Assembly (NCBI GenBank): GCA_030704615.1
Contig: CM060733.1
Location: forward strand, 66,588,001 to 66,652,000
DNA length: 64,000 bases
Source: Takakia lepidozioides
Taxonomy: Eukaryota > Plantae > Bryophyta
Direction: 5' to 3'
This document shows, piece after piece, positions 63,401 to 64,000 of this stretch. Within the stretch, counting starts at the first letter, position 1. Every line of letters begins with the position of its first letter. The position numbers and the translations under genes are program-made. Under the pieces are notes generated by a model. The model was not told the origin of the DNA. It saw only the letters and a list, made by a program, of their open reading frames with translations, and did no database searches.

Positions 63401-63969
63401 ATAGCATTCCCATCCACAACATCAGGCAAAGTTTCCACAGAATGGATTGGAGTTTTGTCGTAATCAAGCCTAAGAAGGTCACTGGAGCGGGAACCCGTTG
63501 TCTTCATCCTCCGCAATATGTCGATTACTGAGCGGACGGAAGTTGAGTCGGACGGTGTATGCTGAACACTCCTAGTGACGGACGACTTCGAAACATACGA
63601 TGGAAGGACCATACAGTCTTCATCGTCACTGGATAAGTCGTGGACGACTGTTTCCCTGTTTTCCTGGATTTCCCTTTTCACATGTTTGGGCTTCTCTGCT
63701 TGTGAAGAGGTGCCCACATCCTTCACATCTTGCACGCCAGACCCTCTTGTGGAAGGAGGATCAACCAAGTTCCAACGTGGGAACTCTTTAGGCACGATTT
63801 CACCAATGGCACTGTACCGGATGGATTCAGAAGCTGGGAGCCGCCACTCTTTGCCTTTTCCGAAATCTGCATGCAGAATGACGGCACTTTCCAGAAAATT
63901 TCCATAAGCATCATTCGTCTCCTCTTCCAAAAACACCGTTCCAGGGCGGAGCCCGAACTTCACACACAA
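60488..63969 (-). CDS. MULE-like DDE transposase with GCM-like N-terminal zinc domain and C-terminal SWIM; frameshifted; intron 61908-61993
   Basis: VMFDH, FMADNAQAN, CGFH (CxxH), TTNMAESVH; SWIM CNCEDF..PCKH; CAGHLKC..C..CAHC..C..HIGKHEHP. Confidence 0.85.
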
Positions 63970-64000
63970 GTACTGCTCACTGACAATCGCAAATCCTTGG

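Larger units (their letters stand above)
58420..64000 (-). mobile_element. MULE-like element copy 2, running off the window
   Basis: catgagc-rich end 58426-58645, 61-bp tandem repeat, near-complete transposase. Confidence 0.7.

Overview
Eukaryotic, transposon-dense DNA, most likely from a seed-free land plant (spliceosomal introns, PLS-PPR fragment, plant-type Ty3/Gypsy, CACTA, hAT and MULE elements). It is almost entirely nested mobile elements. (1) The 3' half of an older Gypsy family-A copy (1-15632) is split by a ~12.4-kb TSD-less insert carrying a hAT transposase, two palindrome arrays, an unknown ORF, long hairpins and a kinase pseudogene. (2) A ~9-exon gene encodes a ParB/Srx-like domain fused to a beta-class (N6A/N4C-type) DNA-methyltransferase fold (18018-22169), next to a CACTA transposase remnant. 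(3) An apparently gag-less Gypsy (27014-36367, 4-bp TSD) has LTR ends permuted exactly as expected for integration from a 2-LTR circle. (4) A full-length young family-A Gypsy (39058-52129, TSD ACCTC) with a 1060-aa extra ORF is inserted into an antisense copy of its own family. (5) Two MULE-like elements follow; the more complete one has a GCM-like zinc domain and both have a SWIM finger. Many frameshifts sit in homopolymers and may be assembly errors. All calls come from reading motifs by eye; no database searches were run.
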